Positions 19,642 through 29,800 of a DNA stretch of 64,000 bases are shown here, one piece after another. Numbering within the stretch: position 1 is the stretch's first letter; every line of letters begins with the position of its first letter. Both the position numbers and the translations under genes were made by a program. Under the pieces are notes generated by a model, which was not told the DNA's origin, did no database searches, and was given only the letters and a program-made list of their open reading frames with translations. The DNA comes from an uncultured virus (IMG/VR IMGVR_UViG_3300042389_000736). Its lineage: Duplodnaviria; Heunggongvirae; Uroviricota; Caudoviricetes. Location: positions 1 to 64,000 of the IMG/VR virus record IMGVR_UViG_3300042389_000736, one strand, 5' to 3'.

Positions 19642-19826
19642 TATTGCATTTGCCCGTAGCCAGATCCCAAGTCAGATTGGGAGCCGGGTCGTCTCCGGAC
19701 ACGTTGTAGCGATCGATGAAGCCGGTCAGCGTGTTGCCGACCGGATCATACGAAAGCGGGAAGATCTGCTCGCCTTCCTCTGTCTGGAAGGCGTACATCT
19801 CACGAGGAAGCCGGGGCTTACCGTCG

Positions 19827-21374
19827 CTATTCGTCATCTTCATCTACCTTTCTGGTCGGCTTGCCTACCACGAATTTGGTGTACGAAACGGATACCGGGT
19901 CCATCACCTTGCGCTCCCGGTACATCATGTTGCGGCACTTCTTGAAGGTGAAGTCCGCTAGCTGGATGAACATGCGCTTCTTGTCACCTTCCTTGCGCAG
20001 ACGACCTGCGATCTGCAGGAGGTGCGCTTCGGAGGTGATAGGAGTAACGTTGATGATCATCTCAAGACATGATATATTTATGATTCCCGAGAAGGACTTG
20101 TCCGTCGTTATGATGAGATTCTTGTCGGTTTCTTTCATCCGCTCGTCCATGTCCTTGATGTCGCTGTTGAAGAAGCCGACTGTCAGGTCAGGGTACTGCT
20201 GGATGAGGTACTCGCCGATCGCCCTGCCAGCCTCGTTCGTCTTCACGATGACCGCGATCTTGTTCGTCTCGGCAGTGCGGTGTTTCAGCGCGTAGTTCAC
20301 GGTGCGACGCAGCACTTCCTTGCAGAAGAAATCGAAGTATGGTAGGTCGGGGTGGGTGAGCATCTTCAGGTACACCAGAGCATCGAAACCGTTCGGCTTG
20401 TTGATGCCTTTTTGGTGTTCTTTGGCGGCGTTCGAGTAGTACTGGACCTCCACGAAGTCGAACTTCTCCACCTTGTCTTGGCGGTAAACGCACTCGTCTC
20501 CGGGCGTCATGTTCTGGAGGATGATCTGCTCGCCATAGATGCGGCGGGAGTCTGTCGCCGTCAGATACAGCGTCTTGTAGGACACGACGTGCATCTCAAG
20601 GTTGAAGATCGTTTGGAGCTTCAGATGCATCTCGTCGATGATCTTGACCGAGATCTTGAGCTCCTCGAAGAGCTTGGTCACCAGCTCCGCATCCCCGTTC
20701 TTGAAGATGCTGCTCAGGGTCGGAGCAGAGCAGATCATGAGCTTGTACTGGCTCTTGTTCTCGATGATCTTCTTGATCGAAGCCGACCCCTTGACGATGG
20801 CAACCTCGCTGGCGATGTCGATGTCTGAGAACTTGTCGAACTCCTCCAGCCAAGTAGTGATGGCTCTGTCGTCGGGACAGATGATGCCTGCCATCTGCTT
20901 CGAAGCGCAGATGTACGAGATGGTGACGAAAGTTTTTCCTTCGCCAGTGTCAACAAACATCGCTCTTCTGGGTTTGTCCTTGATGTCGGAGAAGTCGTTC
21001 TTTCCGTGAAGGAAATCCGAGAGGGTCAGCTGCAACTCGGATCTGGCGGAGACTCCCGGCTTGAGCGCGATGTTGCACTTACCCCTAGGGATAAAGTACT
21101 CTGGTTCCTTGATGATTTCTTTCTCGTCTTCCTCAAGGTACTTCATCAGGTACTTGGGAGGGAAGTTGCGGGGAATCGCGTAGTACGACTCTCCATTGTA
21201 GTTTACCTGTGCGAGGGCGGTCCAAAGCTCCTCGTACCCGAACGTGATCTTCTTTGCGAAGACCGTGTTCTTTTTTACGAATTCGTCGAAGCTGTCTTCC
21301 TTGAACCCACGCACGAGAATCCTGTTACGGTGCAGCACTATCGCCATGATAGATACTCCTCTCGATGTGTTCAC
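19827..21374 (-). CDS. SF2 DExH helicase (UvsW-like)
   Basis: DTGEGKT (I), IIDEMH (II), LTAT (III), QIAGRLR (VI); true start may be ATG 21347. Confidence 0.85.
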   Translation of the reverse strand: MNTSRGVSIMAIVLHRNRILVRGFKEDSFDEFVKKNTVFAKKITFGYEELWTALAQVNYNGESYYAIPRNFPPKYLMKYLEEDEKEIIKEPEYFIPRGKCNIALKPGVSARSELQLTLSDFLHGKNDFSDIKDKPRRAMFVDTGEGKTFVTISYICASKQMAGIICPDDRAITTWLEEFDKFSDIDIASEVAIVKGSASIKKIIENKSQYKLMICSAPTLSSIFKNGDAELVTKLFEELKISVKIIDEMHLKLQTIFNLEMHVVSYKTLYLTATDSRRIYGEQIILQNMTPGDECVYRQDKVEKFDFVEVQYYSNAAKEHQKGINKPNGFDALVYLKMLTHPDLPYFDFFCKEVLRRTVNYALKHRTAETNKIAVIVKTNEAGRAIGEYLIQQYPDLTVGFFNSDIKDMDERMKETDKNLIITTDKSFSGIINISCLEMIINVTPITSEAHLLQIAGRLRKEGDKKRMFIQLADFTFKKCRNMMYRERKVMDPVSVSYTKFVVGKPTRKVDEDDE

Positions 21375-21462
21375 ACTAAATTATTATTCGAGAGATGGCG
21401 ATTTTGCAAAAAAGAACCCATGCCGCCTTGCGGGCAGCATGGGTTTAATGGGTTTTTCGCAA

Positions 21463-22020
21463 CTACTCTGTCATGCTGTCGAAGTGGTCTTCAAGATCCT
21501 CTTGGTCGATGATTTTCTGATCAGCTTCTTCGGAGACTCCGACTACCTGGATCAGGTCGATCCCGTGGTCGAGAAGCATGTCGTGGGACATACCGTTCTT
21601 AAACTCTTCGATGTAGTAGATGCGCTTCACCTTCGCCCTGATGAGCCTTGCGGCGCATCGGGTGCAGGGCGAATGGGTGATGTAGAGGGTGGCTCCCTCC
21701 AGCGACCTTCCGATCTCTGCGGCTCTCTGAAGCACTTCGTCTTCTGCGTGGAGCGTGGAGTCTTTGGTCTTCCCGTTGAGGTCAACCGTGTAGGGGTCTC
21801 TGGAGTCCACGTTGTGGTTGAAGCCATACCCGAGAACGTTACCGTTCCGGTCCACTGCCACGGCTCCGACTTGCTTGTCAGGAGCCGGAGAGCGGGACGC
21901 GATCTGCATCGCAACGTTCAGCCACACGCGCAGTGCGCTCGAAGGCTTTCTGTACCGGACGATCGGAGGGGCTTCCTGCAGATCTTCGTTTTCTTCAATT
22001 ACGTGGTAGTCGTTTTCCAC
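21463..22020 (-). CDS. dCMP deaminase
   Basis: QVGAV, GFN, HAE and YITHSPCTRCA zinc deaminase motifs. Confidence 0.88.
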   Translation of the reverse strand: MENDYHVIEENEDLQEAPPIVRYRKPSSALRVWLNVAMQIASRSPAPDKQVGAVAVDRNGNVLGYGFNHNVDSRDPYTVDLNGKTKDSTLHAEDEVLQRAAEIGRSLEGATLYITHSPCTRCAARLIRAKVKRIYYIEEFKNGMSHDMLLDHGIDLIQVVGVSEEADQKIIDQEDLEDHFDSMTE

Positions 22021-22043
22021 TGTGGCTCCTCTTCTCTTGGCCG

Positions 22044-23951
22044 TCAGTACAGGCCGTCGATGATGCTTTCTTCATCCTTGCTGAACATGTTGTTCTCCAC
22101 AACGTAGTTCAGACGCTCGAAGGCGAGGGTGATCGCCGCCGATGGATGATTGACGAGCGCGTTGGTGAGTTTGAGGAACTTCAACTTCTCGGGGTTGTCA
22201 AAGTTCTTCGGGCGGTGTTGAATGTCGTCCACATCCCTGAGCAACTCGCGGAGGATCAGCTCGATGGTGAGGCTGCTGGCGCGGATGTTCGAACGTTCGA
22301 GAAGGCCGAGGAACTCAGGAAGGATGAGGTGATAATTGCCGGGGTCGGAAATCTTCACCTTCTTCTTGGGCTCCTCTTCAATCACTTCTTCGATGTTGAG
22401 ACGGGCCTCGCTCTCCAGAAGGTGGATGATGTTCTTCAGGGGGGTGGAGAGCTCGCTGTTCTCGACGTTGATCCGGAAGAGGTTCTCCTGACCGTCGTTC
22501 GAAACTTCGATGATGTTGTCTGCCTTGTACTTGGAAACCATGTCGGGGTTCTCAAGCACCACCAGCTCTTCTCCGTCGGCGAACTCGAACTCGACCTGAC
22601 GGTCTCCGTCGAGCACCACCATGCGCTTGATGACCGTCTCCTCCTCATCGTTGACGATGATCTCGGTTACGTTCACCTTGAAGTGCTTCTTGCCGATCAG
22701 GTTGGAGCCGTCGATCTCGAAGTACTCGTACATCTTCTGAGGGAGCTTCACCTTCTCCGGGTTGATCTGGAGCAGGTGCTTCGAGGACAGCAGCATCTGG
22801 GTCAGCTGCTCGGTGAGGCTGAGCACGCTGCTGATGCCGATATGGAACGGGTTCACCTTCACCAGATCGCCGTAGCAGGTGTGGCATATGCCGTCTTCGG
22901 CGCAGCAGGTGATCGGAGTGCGGAGCCGGATCTTCTTGCCGACCATACTCTGGTCCCGACCGTCGATCTTGACCAGCTTGCCCTTGACAGAGCGGTAGCG
23001 ACCGTTGAGCCGCTTGAGCGCCGACTTGGACTCGATGACCATTTCGAGGTAGTTGTCGGACCCGCAGTCCTTGGTCTCAGACAGCTTCTGATTCAGCACC
23101 AGGAGCAGGAGCTTCCGCGACATGTAACCAGCGCGGCGCACTTGCAGCGAGTTGGTGATCAGCGCCTTGCGGGCACCCATCGCCGAGACGAAGTAGTCCA
23201 TCTCGTTGCGGAACCCGTAGAAGAGGTTCGTGTCCACGCAGTGCGGGAAGATCGCAGATGAGGTCACCTCGGGCTTGTAGCCGACGTTGCAGAACACCTG
23301 CTGGAACTGTCCGATTGACACAGCCGACAGGAGGTTCTTGTAACAGTTGTACTCGTCATCCTTGATGATAGCTTCGAGCAGCTGGCGGTTTGCGTTCTTG
23401 ACCTTCTCGTTGCCTTCGAAGTAGTCGACCTTGGAGCCGGTCTCCTCCCGCACCTTGGTCTTCAGCAGAGCTGCTACTTCCGGATTTCGCTGCATCATCT
23501 GCAGCATGTCGTAGATGTTGATGCTGTTGCCAGCGGACTGGTTGACCTCGAATGCCATGTCTGCCAGCTCTTCGAGGCAGCGGGCGATGATCGCCTTGAG
23601 ACCAGTGAGGTCAGCGTCCTCGTCGGTCGCCATGCGGATGGTGTCCGTGAAGTACGAGGACACCATCTTCGCCGCATTGTCTTCTGCGGAACACAGAAGA
23701 AGATCGCCCTCGTCGAGATCCCGTTCCAGCACGTAGCGGGCCTTGATCGCGACGAGGGCGAGGACCAAGGCACCGAACCGCTGGCTCAGTACCTTGCCCA
23801 TGAACTTGAACTTCGTTTCCCGACGACGAATCGAGAAGTCGGCCTTCAGGAGAGCGATACACTCGTCCGTGAAGTTAATCGTCGCTTCCAGATCTTTCTG
23901 CTCGACGAAGTTCAGATTTAGAACTTTTTCCTTTTCGTTTTTTGCCACCAT
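22044..23951 (-). CDS. RNA polymerase beta' subunit C-terminal half (probably non-virion RNAP)
   Basis: Bridge helix YFVSAMGARKALITNSLQVRRAGYMSRKL; Zn site DCG...RTPITC....GICHTCYG; trigger loop IG..SVLSLTEQLTQMLLSSKH. Confidence 0.9.
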   Translation of the reverse strand: MVAKNEKEKVLNLNFVEQKDLEATINFTDECIALLKADFSIRRRETKFKFMGKVLSQRFGALVLALVAIKARYVLERDLDEGDLLLCSAEDNAAKMVSSYFTDTIRMATDEDADLTGLKAIIARCLEELADMAFEVNQSAGNSINIYDMLQMMQRNPEVAALLKTKVREETGSKVDYFEGNEKVKNANRQLLEAIIKDDEYNCYKNLLSAVSIGQFQQVFCNVGYKPEVTSSAIFPHCVDTNLFYGFRNEMDYFVSAMGARKALITNSLQVRRAGYMSRKLLLLVLNQKLSETKDCGSDNYLEMVIESKSALKRLNGRYRSVKGKLVKIDGRDQSMVGKKIRLRTPITCCAEDGICHTCYGDLVKVNPFHIGISSVLSLTEQLTQMLLSSKHLLQINPEKVKLPQKMYEYFEIDGSNLIGKKHFKVNVTEIIVNDEEETVIKRMVVLDGDRQVEFEFADGEELVVLENPDMVSKYKADNIIEVSNDGQENLFRINVENSELSTPLKNIIHLLESEARLNIEEVIEEEPKKKVKISDPGNYHLILPEFLGLLERSNIRASSLTIELILRELLRDVDDIQHRPKNFDNPEKLKFLKLTNALVNHPSAAITLAFERLNYVVENNMFSKDEESIIDGLY

Positions 23952-24078
23952 TTTTCCCCTTCTCGAACGACAAATTGAACTTGAAACTGTGATGCTTGAG
24001 ACTCAGGTTTAGTCTCTTGTCCGCCGCGTCGCCGAAGAGCGCGTTGGTAACGCCTGTGATTACTTCGCCTATGATCAT
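23875..24078 (-). CDS. small basic protein with FKFNLxFEKG motif
   Basis: 67 aa; shares a 10-aa motif with ORF 31023..31229; overlaps the beta' start. Confidence 0.45.
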   Translation of the reverse strand: MIIGEVITGVTNALFGDAADKRLNLSLKHHSFKFNLSFEKGKNGGKKRKGKSSKSELRRAERSGSDD

Positions 24079-24220
24079 TCCTAGCCTCTCTTTGGGAGGT
24101 TAGGAAGCGCCGGAGAGTCCTGCAGCGGAGGCGTCACCAGCTCTGAACTGGATCTAGTCCCGCCCGGATTTTGCACCTCCTGTACGCACTACCTTCATTC
24201 CTCAATAAAAATGATGGAAA

Positions 24221-24253
24221 CATCCGCTACACCCTCGTGAGGTGTAGCGGATG
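24221..24253 (-). terminator. intrinsic terminator after the HU-like gene
   Basis: CATCCGCTACACC...GGTGTAGCGGATG perfect 13-bp stem. Confidence 0.8.
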
Positions 24254-24269
24254 AACGCATCAGAAGATG

Positions 24270-25316
24270 TTACTTCTTCTTCTTGGCCGGAGTGAAGGTC
24301 TCATTGCCTTCGTCGTCGGTGCCCCACTTGCCGTTGACGAAGTTGCCCTTGGCGTCGAACTGACCTTCGACGAACTCGCCGTCATCGGTAGTCGTGCCCT
24401 TGGTCATGGTCTTGCCGTAGTACAGGTTCAGGCTGACCTTGGTGTGCGGGCTGACGAGGGTGTGGTACGGAGTAGCGACTTGCGCCAGCTCGGTGTTCGG
24501 GGCGTACACGCGAGCTTCCATTTCGCGGCGCTTGAACTTCGCCACGAACTTCACATCGTACTCGGCCAGAGTCTCTTCGAGGAAGGTCTCGAAAGCCTTG
24601 ACGACTTGGATGGTGACGCTCTTGGTCGGAGGAGCGATGCCCAGCTCGACCAGCTTGTCGTGGAAGCGGCTGAACAGTTCGTCCTGCGGCATCCAGGAAC
24701 CCGGCTTCAATTCCTTGCGCTCTTTCTCCTTCTTGGCGCCCCAAGCGGAGTTCTTGCCGGTCTTGGTCTGCTTGCCGGTCGGGACTTCGTCGTCGCCTTC
24801 GTCGTCAGCGGCGGGCTTCGCAGCCTTCTTGGCGGGAGCAGCGGCCTTGACCGGGGCCTTGGCGGCAGCCTTCACGGGAGCCTTGGCAGGGGCCTTCTTC
24901 GGAGCCGGAGCTTCTTCTTCGGCTTCTTCCTCTTCGCCGTCTTCTTCCGAGGATTCTTCTTCCTCTTCTTCTTCCGGCTCAGGGGCCTTCGGAGCGGCCT
25001 TCTTGGCAGGGGCCTTGGCGGCGGGCTTCACGACCTTCTTCGGAGCCGGAGCTTCTTCTTCGGCTTCTTCCTCTTCGCCGTCCTCGTCGCCTTCTTCCTC
25101 TTCTTCTTCCGGCTCAACGGCCTTCGGAGCGGCCTTCTTGGCCAGGACTTTCTTCACCGGCTTGGCCGGAGCTTCTTCTTCCTCGCCTTCGCCTTCACCG
25201 CCCTCGACTTGGGAGTCTTCCTCTTCGTCGTCGGCGGGCTTGCTCACCTTCTTGGAGGCGGTAGCGGGGGAAGCGCCGTTCTTCTTCTTGGCCAGCAGGT
25301 CTTTGATCGATGCCAT
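24270..25316 (-). CDS. HU/IHF-like DNA-binding protein with a long N-terminal alternating acidic/PAKK repeat region
   Basis: C-terminal ~110 aa follow the HU pattern (QDELF...TKSVTIQVVKAFETFLEETL...KFKRREMEAR..NT..KVSL...GK); N-terminal poly-Glu and PAKKA blocks. Confidence 0.65.
   Translation of the reverse strand: MASIKDLLAKKKNGASPATASKKVSKPADDEEEDSQVEGGEGEGEEEEAPAKPVKKVLAKKAAPKAVEPEEEEEEGDEDGEEEEAEEEAPAPKKVVKPAAKAPAKKAAPKAPEPEEEEEEESSEEDGEEEEAEEEAPAPKKAPAKAPVKAAAKAPVKAAAPAKKAAKPAADDEGDDEVPTGKQTKTGKNSAWGAKKEKERKELKPGSWMPQDELFSRFHDKLVELGIAPPTKSVTIQVVKAFETFLEETLAEYDVKFVAKFKRREMEARVYAPNTELAQVATPYHTLVSPHTKVSLNLYYGKTMTKGTTTDDGEFVEGQFDAKGNFVNGKWGTDDEGNETFTPAKKKK
24890..25190. repeat. intragenic tandem repeat, period about 141 nt
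   Basis: GGAGCCGGAGCTTCTTCTTCGGCTTCTTCCTCTTCGCCGTC at 24901 and 25042, partial third copy near 25164. Confidence 0.85.
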
Positions 25317-25581
25317 TTTTCAGTCCTTTCTAGTGACTTGGTACACAGGTAAATTTCCAATCGATTGGAGGCTCTTGTCAGGCTGACCCTTTTGAGTTAG
25401 TATCAGCCTGGAACCACGTAGATTATATCTACGCGATTTCAGGTTTGACGTTTACCGCAGGGTAGTCTAGCCAGATGTTGGATACGCTGAAACCACATGA
25501 ATGCACCTTTCTCAATTAGTTACATCCAGAATCGGGTTCCAGCGCTTTCTTTCAAATACGTTCTAAGACGTTTTTGGTTCT

Positions 25582-26523
25582 CTATGCCAGCTTGATGAGC
25601 AGGTCAATGATGGCCCGCGTCATAGCGATGGAACGGTGATTCCACTTGAGTCTCTCCGAGATCGACACGTCGCTTAGGGAGCAGAACTGCTCCTCGTCTT
25701 TAGACTTGCCGTTGACGAAGAAGATCGAATTATAGCCGAAATCTCGATGCAGCGCACGGAGACTTTCGCGGTCGTTGAGGGAAAAGCCATTCGGAACAAC
25801 GACCTCTCCAAAGAGGGTTCCGATGCCTGACGCCGCGATCTTGCCGGACGGCTCGGCGATGGTCGCCACAGTCTGGAAGTACGCCGGAACCTCACCGTGC
25901 TTCCCGACCACGCTCATGACGCGAGTCAGCAGCATGACCTTGTTCAGGAAGTCCTTCGCGTCCTTGGTTTTCACCGACTCGGGCTTCCCTTCTTCCGAAA
26001 GGATCTCGTGGTAGATGATACCGGCATCCACGAAGCTCTCGGGGTTGTAACGACCGATGTTTCGGTCGAAGTACCGAGCGGAGTAGACACCCGGCTCGTC
26101 TCCAAGCAGCGGAACACAGATACCGGAGTCCTCTGCCATGACGTAGGACGACAAGTGTGCTGCGGTCTGGGTGCTCTTCAGGACGGAGTTCGCGTAGAGG
26201 GTGCTCCCCGTCTCGTCCACTTCCGGTAGCGGAACCTTCGGCACGTCGAACTCCAGCAGCCCGTCCAGCAGCTCCTTCAGATGACCGCTGTTCTCGATGA
26301 ATCCCTTGAATTCGAGCACCTTCCCGTAGTTGCCGGTGGCGAACCAGATTCGAGGATCGCGCTTCAGGGTGATTGGCAGGTAGTCGAGGATGCGTCCCTT
26401 GATCGGCAGCAGGTATGCCATCACGCTCTCGATCTCACTCCGGAAGGAGCTGTAGTTTTCTTGCTGGCGCAGAACCGTCGTGCGGTGCCCGTCCAGATCG
26501 ATGAGGTCAATCACTTCTTCCAT
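25582..26523 (-). CDS. Ham1/RdgB-family non-canonical NTP pyrophosphatase
   Basis: FATGNYGK, AEDSG, PGVYSARY, FGYNSIF, NHR motifs; AAGGA RBS before ATG 26523. Confidence 0.82.
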   Translation of the reverse strand: MEEVIDLIDLDGHRTTVLRQQENYSSFRSEIESVMAYLLPIKGRILDYLPITLKRDPRIWFATGNYGKVLEFKGFIENSGHLKELLDGLLEFDVPKVPLPEVDETGSTLYANSVLKSTQTAAHLSSYVMAEDSGICVPLLGDEPGVYSARYFDRNIGRYNPESFVDAGIIYHEILSEEGKPESVKTKDAKDFLNKVMLLTRVMSVVGKHGEVPAYFQTVATIAEPSGKIAASGIGTLFGEVVVPNGFSLNDRESLRALHRDFGYNSIFFVNGKSKDEEQFCSLSDVSISERLKWNHRSIAMTRAIIDLLIKLA

Positions 26524-26807
26524 GCTTCTTCCTTTTGCTTCATTTGCCGTAGTGGCTAAATCGTACCATCGATACGTTCCTTTCAGTTTTCCTCTCAGTC
26601 GCAGTTGTATTCGGGAATATCTCTTTAGCACATCCCGAGGGGGACTTTAGGGGGTGATAGAGTACGAGATCATCTTTAAATAAATAATGATACCGTAACC
26701 CAGATCATCCTCTAGGAGCACTGATATGATATATGAGTAATAGTGGATTTGCTTTGTAACTACTCATTAATCATGAAACACTTTCATTTTTCTAGGGGAT
26801 AACCACC

Positions 26808-29800
26808 ATGATGGTTTCAATGGAAAAGATCATCCCGAACAAGATCTACTTCTCGTCTTCTCTCCAGATCAATGTGGAAAAGGAAGGGAAGTACATCCTT
26901 ACTTCGACGGATCCAGAGGATCCACAAAGACTGAAGTCCTTGACGGACTCCATGAAATTCGTGCCTCAAGGGAAGATGTACCTGTACTTCCCAGAGATGC
27001 TGCTGAACCCGGCGACTCTCGCTTCGATCAGCTCCACCAAGGAACGCAACGACTTCTTCAAGGACATCGCAGAGATCAACCTCGGCCATCAGGCCACCAA
27101 GGTCATGAAGCTCTCCGATCTCTCTCAGGAGCAGAAGAGTGACAACCATCCGCTGGTCGTCAACGTCGGCGGGTACTTCTCCAAGCTGGACTCGTACATC
27201 TCGGTCCACAAGAAGACCCCTCAGCAGAAGTACGCTTACCTCAAGCTCGTACTGAAGAAGATCCTGGCAGACACCGCGAGGGACATCCCGGAAGGCAAGA
27301 AGACGCTGGTCGTGGACATCCAAGGTAACAGCCCGAGAATCGACCCGGTGCTGTTCACCATCGTATACGGCCTGAAGAAGGACTTCGAGGGGTGCTCCGG
27401 TATCTTCTCCGGAGTGGACGTGATCTTGGTCGATCCCGACCACAACCTCTTCGTCAAACTGAATCTGACCGACCGCAAGAAAGCCATCCAGTCGGTGAAC
27501 CTGTCTGCGAAGATGGCTGCTCTCAGCAAGTCGTTCGATCCCAAGAAGGTCATCACCGACAAGGACGTCCAAGTCGGCGACACTGTGGTATCAGACGACG
27601 CCGAAGTGATCGGATCCACCGAAGAGACCCCGATCGACAAGACCGGAGAGGTCACCAATCAGGAAGCTGCCAAGGCTTCCGAACAGACCAAGGAAGAAGC
27701 AGACCACACTGACGTGGACGGCGTATCCCGAGTCGAAGACCTCGATCTCAGCGAGATCATGGCGACCGACACCTCTGCCGAGTTCGACCGGCTCGAAAAG
27801 GAGAACGCCGAGTTTGTGGCAAAGTTCAAGCCGCAGCAGGACAAAGCCTTCGGCGACGTCCAGAAGAGGGAAGAAGACTTCGTTCTCCATGTGGAATCGG
27901 CAAAGGACGACGCGGTACTCAACCCGAGCATCAAGACCGCCAAGACGGTGGCCCTGACCAACTCCTACCACAAGAACCTCTTCAGGAAGGATGTTGCCTC
28001 CCTCCTCCAGTCCCTCAATAACGACTCAGAATTCCCTGCCGTCGTGATCTCGCACGAGATGAAGGACTCTTCGGACCCGCTGAACCTGAAGGACGAGCTT
28101 TCCGTCGTCTTCATGGACAAGCAGGGTAAGAAGCACAACTTCACTGTTGACGTTCCCAAACTGTCCTCCGACGGCTTCCTGTACATCAACGGCAATAAAA
28201 AGTTCATCGCCAAGCAGACGACGCTTTTGCCGCTCATCAAGGAAGCTCCCGACCGAGTCCAGATCACCACGTCGTACTCGAAGACCTTCTTGTACCGCAA
28301 GGGCGACAAGACTAACCCGATGATCGACAGGATCTTTAAGACTCTCATCGGTAAGTCGTACACCGGGGTGAAGCCCATGTACGGCAATTCCTTCGCGTCC
28401 AACATCAAGTACGGCGTCAGTATCCCCTACAACTACCTCTCGAAGCGTCTCTTCACGCTCAGCTTCGATCTGGGAGCGAAGGCTTCTCTGGACTTCCACT
28501 TCAGCCAGAAGCGGATCCGTTCGGTGATGGAGGATGCCGGGATGTCGATCCCGGAAGGGAAGCTGCCGGTTGCACTGCGGATGATGAACGGCAAGATTGA
28601 TGCGGTCTACTTCGAGGATGCGTCCACCAGAAAGGTGGAGCAGGTCAGCGGCAAGACGGTCATGAAGACCTATCAGAACCTGCAGGACCTGCTCGTCGAG
28701 ACGATCAGGAACTACAAGAACACCGACGTCCTGAAGGCTTTCGAGGCCACCAATGCAGGCAAGGCGTACAGCTACACCGACATCAAGCTCGCCGGGACCA
28801 GCGTCCCTCTGGGCATCCTCGTCAGCTTCTACCAAGGTCTGCTTCCAGCTCTCGACGGGTACGGCATCAAGTACACCGTCTCCGCTGAGAAGCGCCGTGC
28901 TGCAGAGAACGAGACTCTCATCCAGTTCAAGGACATGAATGTGTACCTGAATCTGGAAGGGGATACTGCTAAGGAGCTCTTTGCCAACGGTCTGTACTTC
29001 CTGAATACCAAGGAGTTCTCCTACCGGGACGCTGAGCGTCGTGGGTCTGTGTTCATCGAGTACTTCGGAGAGGCAATCGGATCCCGCAACATCGCCAAGG
29101 CATACATCAACTTCGAGACCTCGATGATCGACCCGATCACGAAGGAGATCCTCATCGATCTGAAACTGCCAACGGAGTTCGTCCCTCTGCTTTACAAGGC
29201 GAACGACATGCTGGCGGGGTACTCCCACAAGCGCAAGAACGACATGACGAACTTCCGGGTCAGAGACTCTGAGGTGCTGTCCGTGGCGATCTACGACGTA
29301 CTCATGAAGTCCTTCAACGAGTACAAGCGCACCGTGAAGACCGGCGTGGTGACTCCGATCTCTGCGCCGAAGGACGCCGTGGTCAAGAAGGTGCAGGCTC
29401 TCCCGAACGTGGAGGACTATTCGGTTCTGTCTCCGTTCCTCGAAATGGAGCTGAAGTCCAAGACGACATTCAAAGGTCCGTCCGGCCTCAACAGCTCCGA
29501 CGCCTACACCGCCGAGATTCGTTCTTACGATCCGTCGATGATCGGCCTGTTCGGCATCTTCTCCCCGGTCTCCGGGGAGATCGGCGTCAACCGCTCTCTG
29601 GTGCTGAACCCGAAGATCCGAAACAACCGTGGGTACCTCGACCATCCGGACGTGGACTCGATGAACATGGACAACCTGTTCGCCTCCGGCGAGCTGCTGA
29701 ACCTGTTCTCCGCGAACCACTCCGACCCGATGCGTACCGGCATGGCTACCACTCAGGGCAAGCACATCGTCTCGACGAAGGTGCAGCACAACTACCTGAT

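Noticed and set aside
19541..19843. 100-aa ORF between the helicase and ORF 19641
   Set aside because: Plausibly real in its 5' part but overlaps the next gene by ~100 nt and has no recognisable motif; not listed as a feature
23948..23962. Programmed frameshift (GGGGAAAAA) fusing ORF 24078 to beta'
   Set aside because: Fusion would need a +1 shift, the slippery heptamer is out of frame, and beta' has its own SD and ATG
24076..24198. In-frame upstream extension of ORF 24078 via stop read-through or recoding
   Set aside because: Needs both TAG and TAA read-through; TAG, TAA and TGA all end genes normally elsewhere, so the standard code fits
24100..24200. Resemblance to c-di-GMP-I or glycine riboswitch (GCAAA...GGGAC; ACUCUC)
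   Set aside because: Only fragmentary matches, without the GNRA/receptor architecture; kept only as a generic structured leader
24890..25190. Direct repeats considered as a CRISPR array
   Set aside because: In-frame coding low-complexity repeats with no unique spacers and no cas genes
26640..26800. AT-rich segment as a replication origin
   Set aside because: Adequately explained by divergent early-type (26726) and late-like (26758) promoters; no iterons visible
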